A stretch of 64,000 nucleotides of DNA from Antedon mediterranea (Eukaryota; Animalia; Echinodermata), in the NCBI RefSeq assembly GCF_964355755.1, contig NC_092676.1, positions 2,423,788 through 2,487,787 on the forward strand, given 5' to 3'. Made by a program: the position numbers and the translations under genes. A model generated the notes under the pieces. It did not search any database and was not told where the DNA came from. It was given only the letters and a program-made list of their open reading frames with translations. How positions within the stretch are numbered: position 1 is the stretch's first letter; every line of letters starts with the position of its first letter. Below are positions 25,301 to 36,452 of this stretch, piece after piece.

Positions 25301-25617
25301 CAATGTATTTCCTACCAAGGAACACATATTTGGAACAATTTAACAGACTATATAAAACAATCCCCCACTTTAAGTTTGTTTAAACAGAGATTAAAGCAAT
25401 ATTATAACAATAGAAATATTTAAGTTAAGTAAATCACATTATGTTATTTTGGTTTGTTCTTTTTGTTTGTACTAATTGTTTGATCTTTTTGTTAGGGTTA
25501 CATGCTTAAAGCACTTGTGCTTATTTTGTATCCCATTCCATTATCTTATTATTTGTATTGTATTTGTATATGTTTTTATTTTGATTATGGAATAAAAATG
25601 TCGATGAATTGAATTGA
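22316..25617 (+). mobile_element. LINE (CR1/L2/Crack group) with APE endonuclease + reverse transcriptase ORF2, one frameshift
   Basis: APE motifs (NCRS, SETW, GGGV, YRPP, GDYN, IDNI, SDHFP) and RT motifs (YRPISIL, QYGFR, FLDLSKAFDTIDH, GVPQGSILGPLLF, YADD at 24590-24601 after a +1 shift). 3' UTR with AATAAA and (GAATT)n tail. No obvious TSD. Confidence 0.95.
22456..25423 (+). pseudogene. LINE ORF2 (endonuclease-reverse transcriptase), frameshifted immediately before YADD
   Basis: ORFs 22456..24600 and 24608..25423 join into one polyprotein if one base near 24583-24589 is removed (atg att tac g tat gca gat gac). Confidence 0.9.
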
Positions 25618-26507
25618 AATTATTACTTTTGACCTGGAAATATAGTATTCATGGTTTATAAGTACGATACACTGAAATAGTTTTGTAATAGTGTTATTAT
25701 CTTTAAAATCAATCTCGTTACTTTCTGGTATAACAATATGTAGAGTAAAGTTATTGTCCTCACTAAAGAGAGAGAATTGAAAGTTGTCGATAATCGATTT
25801 TCTGCCATCATAGATCAAGTTAGTATCATAAACCCAAGATACTGATGTCCGATAAGAGTTTTTTGCTACACAAGGCAGGGTAACATTTTGTCCAGAGAAT
25901 ACCTTCACTTCTGTTGGTGGTTTAACAACAAACTGTGCTGCAACAAATGAAGTCAGTACAAACAACAAAATCAATAAACTCACAATATACATCTTATACC
26001 TCATAGTTCAATGAATTCCTGGTCACAACTGTATGAGAAGATATTCAGAAAACTATTGTAGTTTCCGCAGATATGAGAATTTGTTTTACTGTTGCAACAA
26101 CTTTATATTCTTGTCCTTTTCAGAATTGACAATATCCAACTTGTTTCTTTGGCATTTAAAAAATTGTTTCTTCCAGCACTTTTGATGAAACTCAAAAAGT
26201 GTATTGCAAATTGTTTGATCTATGTAAACTTTTGCAGAGTAGTGTTGACTCAAGTCTGAAGTAAATTATTATCTGTGTTGCTGTGCTGTTTATTCTATTC
26301 TTTGTTGCCTGATTTCCTTACCATGTTTCTGTAATGGTGTAACCGATACACCATCATTTGGTAATGTTTGCTATGTATACATAATTTTCGTTATCAACAG
26401 TCAATATATTGATTTACCAATCTGTTTTATTATCTGCTATATTATATACAAACTTTTATACTACACGTATCATTTATAACTTGTCATAAGAAGTATCAAT
26501 ATAACAG

Positions 26508-26522
26508 TGATGCATTGTGGGA
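26508..26522 (-). promoter_or_regulatory. ZNF143/Staf-like site upstream of G6
   Basis: cagtgatgcattgtgggatt, ~500 bp upstream of the ATG at 26004. Confidence 0.5.
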
Positions 26523-26770
26523 TTTCAAGTCCCTTCTTTATCTTTATTTAAAAAAAAAATTTTTTTTTAGCATGGTTGGAATCCCTTTTATCATATTAGT
26601 TTATGTGTAGCGCTTAGAGGTTTCACAACATTAGGCACTATATATATCCAGGATATTATTCTTATTATTATCCTTTTTTATATAAGAATAGATAGCAAGT
26701 AAGATATGAATGTTTTATAAATTTCATATAAACACTTTAAAAATGTTGAAATGCTTTGATTAAATGTTAA

Positions 26771-26983
26771 AGATGTAATGTCCCCCAAAAACATTAAGAT
26801 TAATGAAATTAGACTTTAAATGGGCCATTTTGTAGTTTTCAAAACTATTTTTTTGCTTTAAATTACATATTTTTTCAGGTAAATAATTTGTTTCCCGTTC
26901 AATATTTGGTCAAAGTGAATAAACTATACGTAAAATCAAAATGGCATAACAAACCAATTCTTTTTTCAGCGGGACAATATATC
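26771..26983. mobile_element. Short copy of the TTAA/AGATGTA.TGTCCC DNA element
   Basis: ttaa-agatgtaatgtcccc … gggacaatatatc termini. Confidence 0.5.
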
Positions 26984-27130
26984 GTTGTCATCAACAATTT
27001 CAATGTAAGGTTCATCACATCATATTGCCTTCACATGTATTTCTGAACTGACCTTTGGCTGTTAAATCTCAAATTCTTATTTAAATCAATAAAAGTAATT
27101 TCTGAAACAATGTTTGATGAATAATGGACG
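26984..27130 (-). pseudogene. Collapsed receptor remnant: D3 fragment joined to a tail fragment (CDEPYIEIVDD)
   Basis: 'tgtcatcaacaatttcaatgtaaggttcatcacat' matches the G6 tail; 'ttcacatgtatttctgaac..accttt' matches the KVGSEITCE segment of D3. Confidence 0.6.
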
Positions 27131-27246
27131 GTTGCCATTGTAACTATGTAACTCAGGATTAATGTTACATATCCTTAAAGTTCAAACATTTATATGCAGG
27201 TAATATGTTCTTAATGTTTACCTTCTATTTACCTGGACATGTACAC

Positions 27247-27930
27247 TTAATGTGAAATAACCCATTTCTTCTTAACATGAGACTTATTGACATAAACTAC
27301 ATTAGTTGATGTGTTTTCTTTACTTTGATCATGAATATTGTTTGTCCTATCTTCATGTTCATTAACAATTTCCATATAAAGTTCTTCACATTCAGCTCCT
27401 GTACATTGTTGTACACCAGGATCATTGACGTAAACTCTATCATCAGATGTATTTTCTACATCAGGAATGACTTCATAATCTGTGTCATCTGTTGTGTCAA
27501 CAGTACCTTCAGCATAATCTACAATTTCCAAGTTTTGTCCTCCATGGTTATCATTAATAGAGGTCATGTCTGTTAAAGTATCTGGTATGACCCTTGCACT
27601 GTGACATTTGTCAATAGTGAGATTAGATTCATCAATGGTATCAATTTTAGCAGTCATTGTTTTTGATTTAATCAATTGGTAAATCTGACTGGTACTTGTT
27701 TCTGGTATCTGATATCCATCTTCTTGTCTGTCTTCTCTTTCAGGAACAATGGTATCATCATAGTCATTGGTTTCATTTTTGTAAAATTTATAATAGCAAA
27801 GTAAAATAATGACCATTATAGTAACTCCTAGAGGGATAGTGTAGATCATACTATTGCTGTCAACAATAGCACCAATAATTATCATTAATATAACATACCG
27901 TAAAATCACAATATATAATATCTTAAACAT
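27247..27930 (-). CDS. G7: Ig-less family member (signal peptide, ~6-aa ectodomain, TM, Tyr tail with ITSM TDYEVI and YVN motifs)
   Basis: ATG at 27930 (28023 is TTG). TM ends LLCYYKFYK. Tail DYDDTIV…RQEDGYQIPE is homologous to G6/G8/G10. Confidence 0.75.
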   Translation of the reverse strand: MFKILYIVILRYVILMIIIGAIVDSNSMIYTIPLGVTIMVIILLCYYKFYKNETNDYDDTIVPEREDRQEDGYQIPETSTSQIYQLIKSKTMTAKIDTIDESNLTIDKCHSARVIPDTLTDMTSINDNHGGQNLEIVDYAEGTVDTTDDTDYEVIPDVENTSDDRVYVNDPGVQQCTGAECEELYMEIVNEHEDRTNNIHDQSKENTSTNVVYVNKSHVKKKWVISH

Positions 27931-29145
27931 CTTGTGGTATAAGTCAACAAATTCCTTCTCACAATAGATAAATTGATTTTTAGCGATTTCCTCAGATATG
28001 AAATTAGAAAGAAAGAAACCCAAAAGTTTTGAATTGCTGTAAGTTTATTCTCTTTTTTACACAATGTCCAAAAAAGAAGTTTTATTCCAACTTACTCTCA
28101 TTCTCTTCTATACAGAAGGTTTCAAATCATTTATTTGTGTTAAATTTTACGTGTACGTTAGTTTCAAATGCTATCAATTGAAAGTATTTTATATAGAAAT
28201 AATGAATATTTATCAGTTGAATATTCTCTATCAATTGAACATAAGATATGAATTATTAGTTTAATAACTGTGGTGTGTTACTTTAGTTGTTTAAAATAAT
28301 CATTAATTTTGGTTTCAATCATCAACATCTTGAACCATATGTTAAAGGTTGAAGGACCATGGCAAAATCATTGTGTAAATTTTCTAGTTTATATGTAAAT
28401 TTATATCATCTATTTTTTTGTTCTGGGGTCTTTCTCGAGACAAGTAACTTGATTTCTTCTAGAGGAGCCCCCAAATGATGGTATATTACCATGCTTATTA
28501 AAATACACACCTATGTTATACTGTACAATAATATGCCATTATTGAATAAATACATGTTTTTCTGAAATCGCAGTACTTGTGTTTTGGCTTGAGAGAATTT
28601 ATAGACTGTGCAATCTTTACTGTACATTGCCTTTTCATATCGCATATTTTCAGAGTTTAATTGTTGTAACCATAACAAGTGTTTTCTTTTATTTTACTTT
28701 ACATTCTTTTTAGCATTGTAGAAATCATATTCCTATTAATTTTGTCATTCCTACGATGCATTTTCAAGTTTATAACTCCAGGAAGTGTTTTTATGAAGAA
28801 AATATTATGGTAAAATATAAAATAATGCATTTAAAATGGATATCTAATGAATAATGATTGGAACAAATATATTTGATTTGTGTCTAATTGGACAAGTATG
28901 ATAAACTTGATATAGAGTATACAGTAGAGTCCATGTTAAGGACACATAACATACAGTAAAGTATTATTTAAATGTTTATTTACTACAAAGTTCACAAATC
29001 ATTTATATAATTTTATATAAATTATTGTTTCCTATAGTACATTATTAACAGTGTATGTTATACTCTGATTGTGTCATCATTGTCATCAATAATTTCAATG
29101 TAAGGTGCAACACATACAGTCTCTTGTTGCCATGCCAACATACCA

Positions 29146-30168
29146 TCAATAGGTTTCATAAGCTGAATCAAGTTTATCATTTATAATTTTTAATGTTTGA
29201 TAATCTTGTCTGACATGTTGTTCTGGTACTTGGTATCCATCTTCTTGTCTGCCTGTCCTCTCAGCAACAACTGTGTCAATATAGTCCACCTTTTCATCAT
29301 CTTTTAATGTTTGATAATCTTGTCTGACATGTTGTTCTGGTACTTGGTATCCATCTTCTTGTCTGCCTCTTCTCTCAGCAACAACGGTATCATCATAGTC
29401 CAGCTTTTCATCATCTTTTAATGTTTGATAATCTTGTCTGACATTTTGTTCTGGCACTTGGTATCCATCTTCTTGTCTGCCTCTTCTCTCAGCAACAACT
29501 GTGTCAATATAGTCCAGCTTTTCATCATCTTTTAATGTTTGATAATCTTGCCTGACATGTTCTGGTACTTGGTATCCTTCTTCCTGTCTTCCACTTCTCT
29601 CAGCAACAACTGTATCATCATAGTCCAGCTTTTCATCATCTTTTAATATTTGATGATCTTGTCTGATATGTTGTTCTGGTACTTGGTATCCATCTTCCTG
29701 TCTTCCACTTCCCTCAGCAACAACTGTATCATCATAGTCCAGCTTTTCATCATATTTTAATGTTTGATAATCTTGTCTGACATGTTCTCCTTGTACTTCT
29801 CTTATCTCAGCAACAACTGTATCATCATAGTCCAGCTTTTCATCATCTTTTAATGTTTGATAATCTTGTCTGACATGTTCTTCTGGTACTTCTCTTATCT
29901 CAGAAACAACGGTATCATTAGAGTCAATATTAATGACTTGACTTCTTGTAAAAATGTATTTACTGTAGTAATACAAAATGGCAATGATGGTAATGATATT
30001 ACCAACAATGCCTAGGAGGAGAAAGTAGAATAGAACATTTCTTGTTATGTCTTCCTCGTTGTTTTGTTCAGGGAATGAATTTGCGTCTTTTGAAGAAAAA
30101 GTAGGAAGCTGGGCAGCAACAAAAGAAACTAAAAACAAGAAAATCAGAAAACTCACAACATTAGACAT
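29146..30168 (-). CDS. G8: Ig-less family member with ~7 tandem 31-38-aa Tyr repeats in the tail
   Basis: ATG at 30168. The ectodomain is only QLPTFSSKDANSFPEQ|NNEEDITRN (D1 start fused to the stalk). Repeat DYQTLKDDEKLDYDDTVVAERRGRQEDGYQVPEQHVRQ. AATAAA at 28975-28980. Confidence 0.82.
   Translation of the reverse strand: MSNVVSFLIFLFLVSFVAAQLPTFSSKDANSFPEQNNEEDITRNVLFYFLLLGIVGNIITIIAILYYYSKYIFTRSQVINIDSNDTVVSEIREVPEEHVRQDYQTLKDDEKLDYDDTVVAEIREVQGEHVRQDYQTLKYDEKLDYDDTVVAEGSGRQEDGYQVPEQHIRQDHQILKDDEKLDYDDTVVAERSGRQEEGYQVPEHVRQDYQTLKDDEKLDYIDTVVAERRGRQEDGYQVPEQNVRQDYQTLKDDEKLDYDDTVVAERRGRQEDGYQVPEQHVRQDYQTLKDDEKVDYIDTVVAERTGRQEDGYQVPEQHVRQDYQTLKIINDKLDSAYETY
29190..29920 (-). repeat. ~114-bp coding tandem repeat in the G8 tail
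   Basis: Period 114 (tacttggtat at 29227 and 29341); the two membrane-proximal units are shorter. Confidence 0.92.
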
Positions 30169-31495
30169 CTTATGTTTTGAAATCAAGAAGCTTTTTTTAT
30201 TTCCAAGTTTAAGAAAGTTCAAAATGCAATGATTGCAGCAACTTTATATCCTTGTCGTCCAATACCCATTGATTGAATACTTTCTTTCTTTCCTTTTAGT
30301 AAAACATGTCTTAAAATATAATATGATATCCTTTAATCTACGTTCATAAAACTGTGAAATATTTCCAAAGCAGTATATTACTTGATACAGTATGTCTGTA
30401 ATGTTGTCAGTGTTTCTTTTTATAACAGTATATCCTACCCATGGTGTAACCAATACACTCACAGTTTCCTTGTCATAATTGGATAACTTATGATGGTTTT
30501 ATTTACACTATAGTATCCTTATTATCTTCTTAAACCCTACAAAACATCTTTATACCACTTAAATTCAGAAAGTTGTTTTTTAAAGAGAATTAATTACTCT
30601 ATTATACGAACAAATTCATTTGAATTACTATATATAAGATATCAATATTCTAACATTATAACCTGGTTAAAGGTGACATTTACCATTATTAAAGTTGAAT
30701 GCCGTGCTATAGTAGTAGTAAGTCTATAGTTAGTAGATAACGACAGTGAGAGGGAGTTTTCACATTACAACACGTAGAAGGAAGTAGATATTAGCAAAGA
30801 ACTTATAACACAAGAATCTCCTGTTCTTCAATTTGCATTCAAAACACAGTATCTGAAGTACAGGGTTAAAAGGTCAAACTGGGCGACGCCATTTCACAGC
30901 ATGGAGCAGCGCCCCCTCCAAACTAGGAAGTCAATTACTCTACCCCCCCCCCCCCCCCCCACCTAGAGTATTAGGAGTATTAGCAGAACCCCTCTATGAT
31001 TTTGACTTTCTAATTTGATGCGGGCGCCCTACTCCTCAGTCAATTACTCTATCCCCTAGAGCATTAGCAGATCCTCTCTATGATTTTGACTTTCTAATTT
31101 GATGCGGGCGCCATACTCCATGGCTCACAATGGCGCCACCCATAGCTCTATTCTATCCCACAATGCCTTTCGAAATTGTTACGCGCTTCGGACGAACATG
31201 AGATTCTTGTGTTATAAGTTCTTTGATATTAGTACAATTCACATAGTACAGTATTGTTGGTGTAATAACAATAATAATTTCTATCTCAAAGTTTATTTCT
31301 AGAAATATTTAAATGATTGATTTCATATATTAGAAAGTTTTAAAATTGCATAAATGCATAGTTTACATTAGTAAAATATTTTTATAATGTTATATCATAT
31401 GTTTGGAGTATTGTTCTTTAATTAGGAGAAAGTTACTGACGTTTGGTCACATTCTCCAAAGAACAATCCTCAAAATAATAGAAACCACATGGTAA

Positions 31496-32110
31496 TCATT
31501 TCTTATTTTGCTTAATTTTTTGTTTCCTAACACGAGGATTATTTGCATAAACTGTATTTGTTGACATGTTTTCTACATTCTCATCACGAATGTTAACATA
31601 TAAATGATTGTCATCAATAATTCCAATGTTAGGTTCATCGTATACAGTCTCTTGTGCCAACCTACCATCAATAGGGGTCATGTATGCTGATGTATCTGGA
31701 TTGTTCCCTAGGTCATTTGATGGAATACTTTCATAGACTGGTACATCTTCATTTGTATTCTTTGGTAGTAATGTTTGATATTCTTGTCTGACATGTTGTT
31801 CTGGCACTTGGTATTCATCTTCCTGTATTATTCTTCTTCTCTCAGCATTAATTGTGTCGTCATAGTCACTAGTACTGGCTTGATTTCTCTTATACTTGCA
31901 GTAGCAAAGCACAATAATTACAACAACAATAATAATAGTAGCAACAGCGCCTAATATGATACCACAGGAATACTTATATACCACACATGACAGCGTAGCA
32001 TTTTGTCCTGGAAATGTCTTCACTTCTGTGGGTGGCATTACATCATACTCAACATCAGCTATTGAAGTCTTTATAATCCACAGAATTAGCAAACTCACAA
32101 TGTTATACAT
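31496..32110 (-). CDS. G9: Ig-less member (first two Ig strands fused in frame to the TM), Tyr tail (YQVP, YQTL, YESI, YDEP, YVNI)
   Basis: …EVKTFPGQNATLSCVVYKYSC|GIILGAVATIIIVVVIIVLCYCKYKR…; the ORF is intact from ATG to stop. Confidence 0.8.
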   Translation of the reverse strand: MYNIVSLLILWIIKTSIADVEYDVMPPTEVKTFPGQNATLSCVVYKYSCGIILGAVATIIIVVVIIVLCYCKYKRNQASTSDYDDTINAERRRIIQEDEYQVPEQHVRQEYQTLLPKNTNEDVPVYESIPSNDLGNNPDTSAYMTPIDGRLAQETVYDEPNIGIIDDNHLYVNIRDENVENMSTNTVYANNPRVRKQKIKQNKK

Positions 32111-32633
32111 CTTTACCGTTTTAGAGTTAAGCCAAGTCTTGATTCAAACTGATGGATTGGATTTTGAGTAATTTATGCAGATTGTTCTATAGCTCACTAT
32201 GTTGGTCGGTCGGTCGGTCGGTAAACAAACTCAATTTGTGCACGCGACTGCATCTATGTATATGGCCTTGTTCTTCAAAATATAAGGTCTTCTGTTACAG
32301 TTAATACAGTGTTGTCCAAATCCTTTAAAGTATGTTCACTTTTGCAAACCGTGTTAAAAGTACAGTATTCAATGCAGTTATATTATTATCTGTGAAGATG
32401 TTTGGTACATATAAGGTCCTATGATGTAACATGTATTTTTCAATCACAAGTTTCATTATAAAAACAACAATGTTTTTACAGCAATCATAATATCCTTAAA
32501 ACAAAAGTTTTTTAACCTTGGATATATAGAAAGTGTTTTATTGTTACAACAGTACTAGAATAGTTCCAAAATAATATATGATTACAAATGGATATTTCTT
32601 ACTTTCTTAAAACAATCTTACAGATTATGATTA

Positions 32634-32938
32634 TCGTATTTATTCGAATAAACGTCATGATTTGAATAACCCCTCGAAAAAACATCCCCCGCCCCCATAG
32701 AACATCGTTTGGAATAATACATGTATTCACAATATTGTATTACAACACATTTCTATTTGTACTAGAATTCATTGATTGACATAATCTACAATTTACCAAG
32801 CTTTTTGATACTGTATCAAAACTGTACTCTATGTTACAATATTACACCACAAATAATAAACGGCTCCCACGAATGGCTCCCACAAATGGCTCCCACAAAT
32901 AAACGCAAAACCCAGGGCGTTTAACCAAACAATTACAG
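32634..32938. mobile_element. Decayed pogo/Tigger-like MITE
   Basis: Imperfect inverted ends cgtatttattcgaataaacg … gggcgtttaaccaaacaattacag; related to 5460-5790. Confidence 0.45.
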
Positions 32939-33073
32939 AGTATCTAGACATAAAGTAATAGTTATATAGTGAAATATTTTTAAAATGTTTATTCTTTAAG
33001 TTTCTAATACAAGACTCACATGGTAATCATTTCTTATTTTGCTTAATTTTTTGTTTTCTAACACAAGGATTAT

Positions 33074-34426
33074 TTACATAACTCTACTTGTTGACAATGA
33101 CCGGTTTTCTACACTCTCATCACGATTGTTAACATAATGTTTATCATCAATAATTTCAATATAAGGTTTATCACATACAGTCTCTTGTTGCCATGCCAGT
33201 TCACCATCAATAGTGGTCATGTATGCTGATGTATCTGGATTGACCCCTAGGTCATTTGGTGGAATAGTTTCATAAGCTGTTGCATCTTCATTTGTATTTA
33301 TTGTTTGTAATGTTTGATAATCTTGTCTGACATATTGTTCTGGTACTTGGTATTCATCTTCTTGTCTTCCTCTTCTCTCAGCAACAACGGTATCATCATA
33401 GTCAGTGGCTTTATTTCTCTTATACTTACAGTAGCAAAGCACAATTACAACAACGACAATAATAACAACTATGCTTGAGAGGATAAAGTAAACTAAACCA
33501 CTGTCAGACTCATTTCTGATTATTTCTTCCTCATTTTTGTTGAACAATGAAATGATCAATGACTTGGATTCTTCTCCCAAAATATTTTCAGCTTCACATT
33601 TTATTTCAGAACCAACCTTCGGCAATTCAGTAAATTTTAAAGTTCCATTTGAATTAGTAAAATAATTATTTGGAAGAGCCTCCACAATCCAGATTGTTTC
33701 ATTAACATGTGGTCTAGCCTCTGCAGTACAGTAGAATTCCAGTGGTGATATTTGTTTGATGTTAATCTCTGGTTTGTAGTTGACAGTGATTGGACCTGCA
33801 GAGCAACTTTTAATTTGATTTGTCCCAATTATTTGGGATTCACAAATATAAGTAGCATTATTATCTTCTTTCGTTACATTTGTAGTATATATAAGGTTCG
33901 ACGAAATTATTTGTCCTTTTTGAGATTTCAAATATGTAATTATGTTTGAATCAGAATCACCAACACAGGCAAAAGTTAATATTTGTCCCAACGAATAAAT
34001 AGTCCCATCAAATAAACAAATTGGATTATTAAAAAATTTCCGAATTGTTACCTTTGAAACAACAGTTTCATATGATGATACAGAACACTGAAATGATTTT
34101 GTAATAATTTCATCATCTTCAAATTCAATCAAGTTACTTTCTGGTATAGCAATATGTAGAGTAAAGTTATTGCCCTCACCAAGAAGAGAGAATTGAAAGT
34201 TGTCAGAAAATGGGATATTAAGGGCTCTATTCTCTGTAATGAATCCCAGAATGTTTTTATATGTGTAAATCCAACGCACCGTTTGGTCTGTATAATCGTT
34301 TTCTATGACACATGGCAGTGTAACATTTTGTCCAGGGTATGCTGTTACTTCTTCTGGTGGTTTAATCTCAAACTGTGCTGCAACAAATGATATAAATAAC
34401 AAAACAAGTAAACTCACAATAGACAT
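33074..34426 (-). CDS. G10: 3-Ig receptor with YQVP-x7-YQTL and ITSM TAYETI; 1-nt deletion alters the C-terminus
   Basis: ATG at 34426 (34432 is TTG). Complete signal/D1/D2/D3/TM. Homology to the YVNNPCVRKQK end continues out of frame at 33025-33075. AATAAA at 32988-32993. Confidence 0.9.
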   Translation of the reverse strand: MSIVSLLVLLFISFVAAQFEIKPPEEVTAYPGQNVTLPCVIENDYTDQTVRWIYTYKNILGFITENRALNIPFSDNFQFSLLGEGNNFTLHIAIPESNLIEFEDDEIITKSFQCSVSSYETVVSKVTIRKFFNNPICLFDGTIYSLGQILTFACVGDSDSNIITYLKSQKGQIISSNLIYTTNVTKEDNNATYICESQIIGTNQIKSCSAGPITVNYKPEINIKQISPLEFYCTAEARPHVNETIWIVEALPNNYFTNSNGTLKFTELPKVGSEIKCEAENILGEESKSLIISLFNKNEEEIIRNESDSGLVYFILSSIVVIIVVVVIVLCYCKYKRNKATDYDDTVVAERRGRQEDEYQVPEQYVRQDYQTLQTINTNEDATAYETIPPNDLGVNPDTSAYMTTIDGELAWQQETVCDKPYIEIIDDKHYVNNRDESVENRSLSTSRVM

Positions 34427-36452
34427 CTTCAACTAGTCAGCAACTTCCTGTTAATAAGTTGATAATAAGAAAACTACAGAATTTTACCCAGATGTCAGTT
34501 TGGAGTTTTTACAGCATCCATCTTATTTTCTTCTAGTCTTAGACTTCTTTCAAGTTAACAATTTCCAGTTCGCTACTTTATAACCAGATGAAATTGATGT
34601 TTAGTTGTACAAAAACAGATTTTCCTCAACTTTAATCTTGTACTTTCTAACAAACAGGATTAAGAAAAGTTTCCATCTGGTAATAAAATGTTCTGGATTG
34701 TAAATTTTCAATTTTGTGTCTTCTAGTATCTAGCTAAAATTGATCTGATTATAGAAGTCGGTCTTCAAACAATTTTGATAAATTGTCTCCTTTTAAAATA
34801 TGTGTCAAATCCGTTGAATAATATTTAATTTTGCACACCAGTGTTAAAAGATGTCAAGTAGAGAATTCAATGCAGTTGATTTGGTAGAGTATATGGTATC
34901 TGTATTTCTTGGTGTACATCCTATTGATTATTAAAGGTCCTATGATGTAACATTTACTTGTATTTTCCAATTGTTTGATTATACTCTACGTATCACAAGT
35001 TTCATTATAAAAACAACAGCAATGTTTCATATAGTCTACAATATCCTTATTACTTTCATATCCCTGTGTATCCTTGTAATAAAGGGGATCTTATTCTAAG
35101 TGTTTGTATGATGAAAGTGCATTATTAATGAATAGTACTAAAATAGTTCCACAAAATTATATTATATGTCCTTTACAATTAGAACACAAATAATGTATGC
35201 TTTTTAGTTTAGATGGCGAGAATATTTCATGAGTTGAAGTTTGACTGCTCTATTTAATTTTGAGGAGCCAAGTTTAATAGAGCAGTCATTCTTTCATGAA
35301 TTAATGAAATATTAATAATATTCATTATTTGTTATCAAACATTCCTTATTAATTATAATCACTTCACACGTCCCAAGTTCAAAAAACGAAATTTTGGGTA
35401 AACAATAGAAGGCATGCTATAATAATTTAATTTATACAAATACTAATATTAAGTTATACAAAAAATCTTGAGCGTACATCATCTGGGATATCCAATACCA
35501 AATGTACTAGGCCTACCTACCACATGCCTATGTTCAGTAATAAACAATGTGTAATGCCAACACCCTTCCAGCGTGGATAGCCTAGCCACCTAGGCCTACT
35601 ATAATTTTCTTAATAAAGTAGATTTTTTCTCCATTAAAGTTTCACTGACATTTGCATGTTAAAAATATCTGTTTAAAGTCCTTTCCACCTGGTGAGTGGA
35701 CACCGCCCGACTCTATTGACACATATTGTTGCATGTGACATCATATAACAATACAATGTCACACGTGTGCTTGGCTTGACAGTTGATAGATTGCTGTTAA
35801 TTCGTGAAACAAAGCCCTAATAAATGCCTTTGTTTAAATACTGGGCGTCATTATAAACAGTGCCGGGAGTGTAATAATTAATATAAATAATATTTATTGG
35901 TTACTCTCCTTTAAAACGGAGGAACACTCTCGTACAAGAGGTTCGACCGATACAAAATGTGTTAATTGTGAAATATTATTGTTTGTTTTGGGAAAATGTT
36001 TAATTTTAATCTTTAATTTAACTTGTTTTTTATATTATTGTTTTTGTAATATTTACGTGTTGAATGCAATACTTTGTAATGTTTATATTTTTTATTTTAG
36101 ATTGTAAAAGGATCCCAATGGAAATAAGCTGATAAGCTTTTTGGGCTATCCTGGAAAGTCTTTTATAAATGTATTATTTGTAATGTCCGTAATTTATGTT
36201 ATCACTTTGTGTGTATTTTTTATGATGATTTTCCAAATAAATTCAAATCAAATCAAATCATTCAGTTATTTTAGATGAAAAATCTCTAGGCTAGCTATTA
36301 GCCTAGGCCTAAATCGTCCAGAATTTTTTTGGGAAATAACCAATTTTCGTAGAAGCATGGATCTGCATTAAAAATCGGAAAAAACCCGCAAATTTCAAGG
36401 AACTTGGGACCTTTGTCACGTGTGAAAATCCACAGGATAAAATTAATTTACA

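Larger units (their letters stand above)
21221..26004 (-). pseudogene. G6: 3-Ig receptor paralogue split by a 3.3-kb LINE at the D1/D2 junction; tail with ITAM YIEI-x8-YVNI and SAYETI
   Basis: 26004..~25618 encodes signal peptide + V domain (…SRSKVII). ~22315..21221 encodes YSFIKPNCLF…D2, D3, TM and tail. Joined, they match paralogues (SKVTIRKYTFISP). AATAAA at 21140-21145. Confidence 0.9.
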
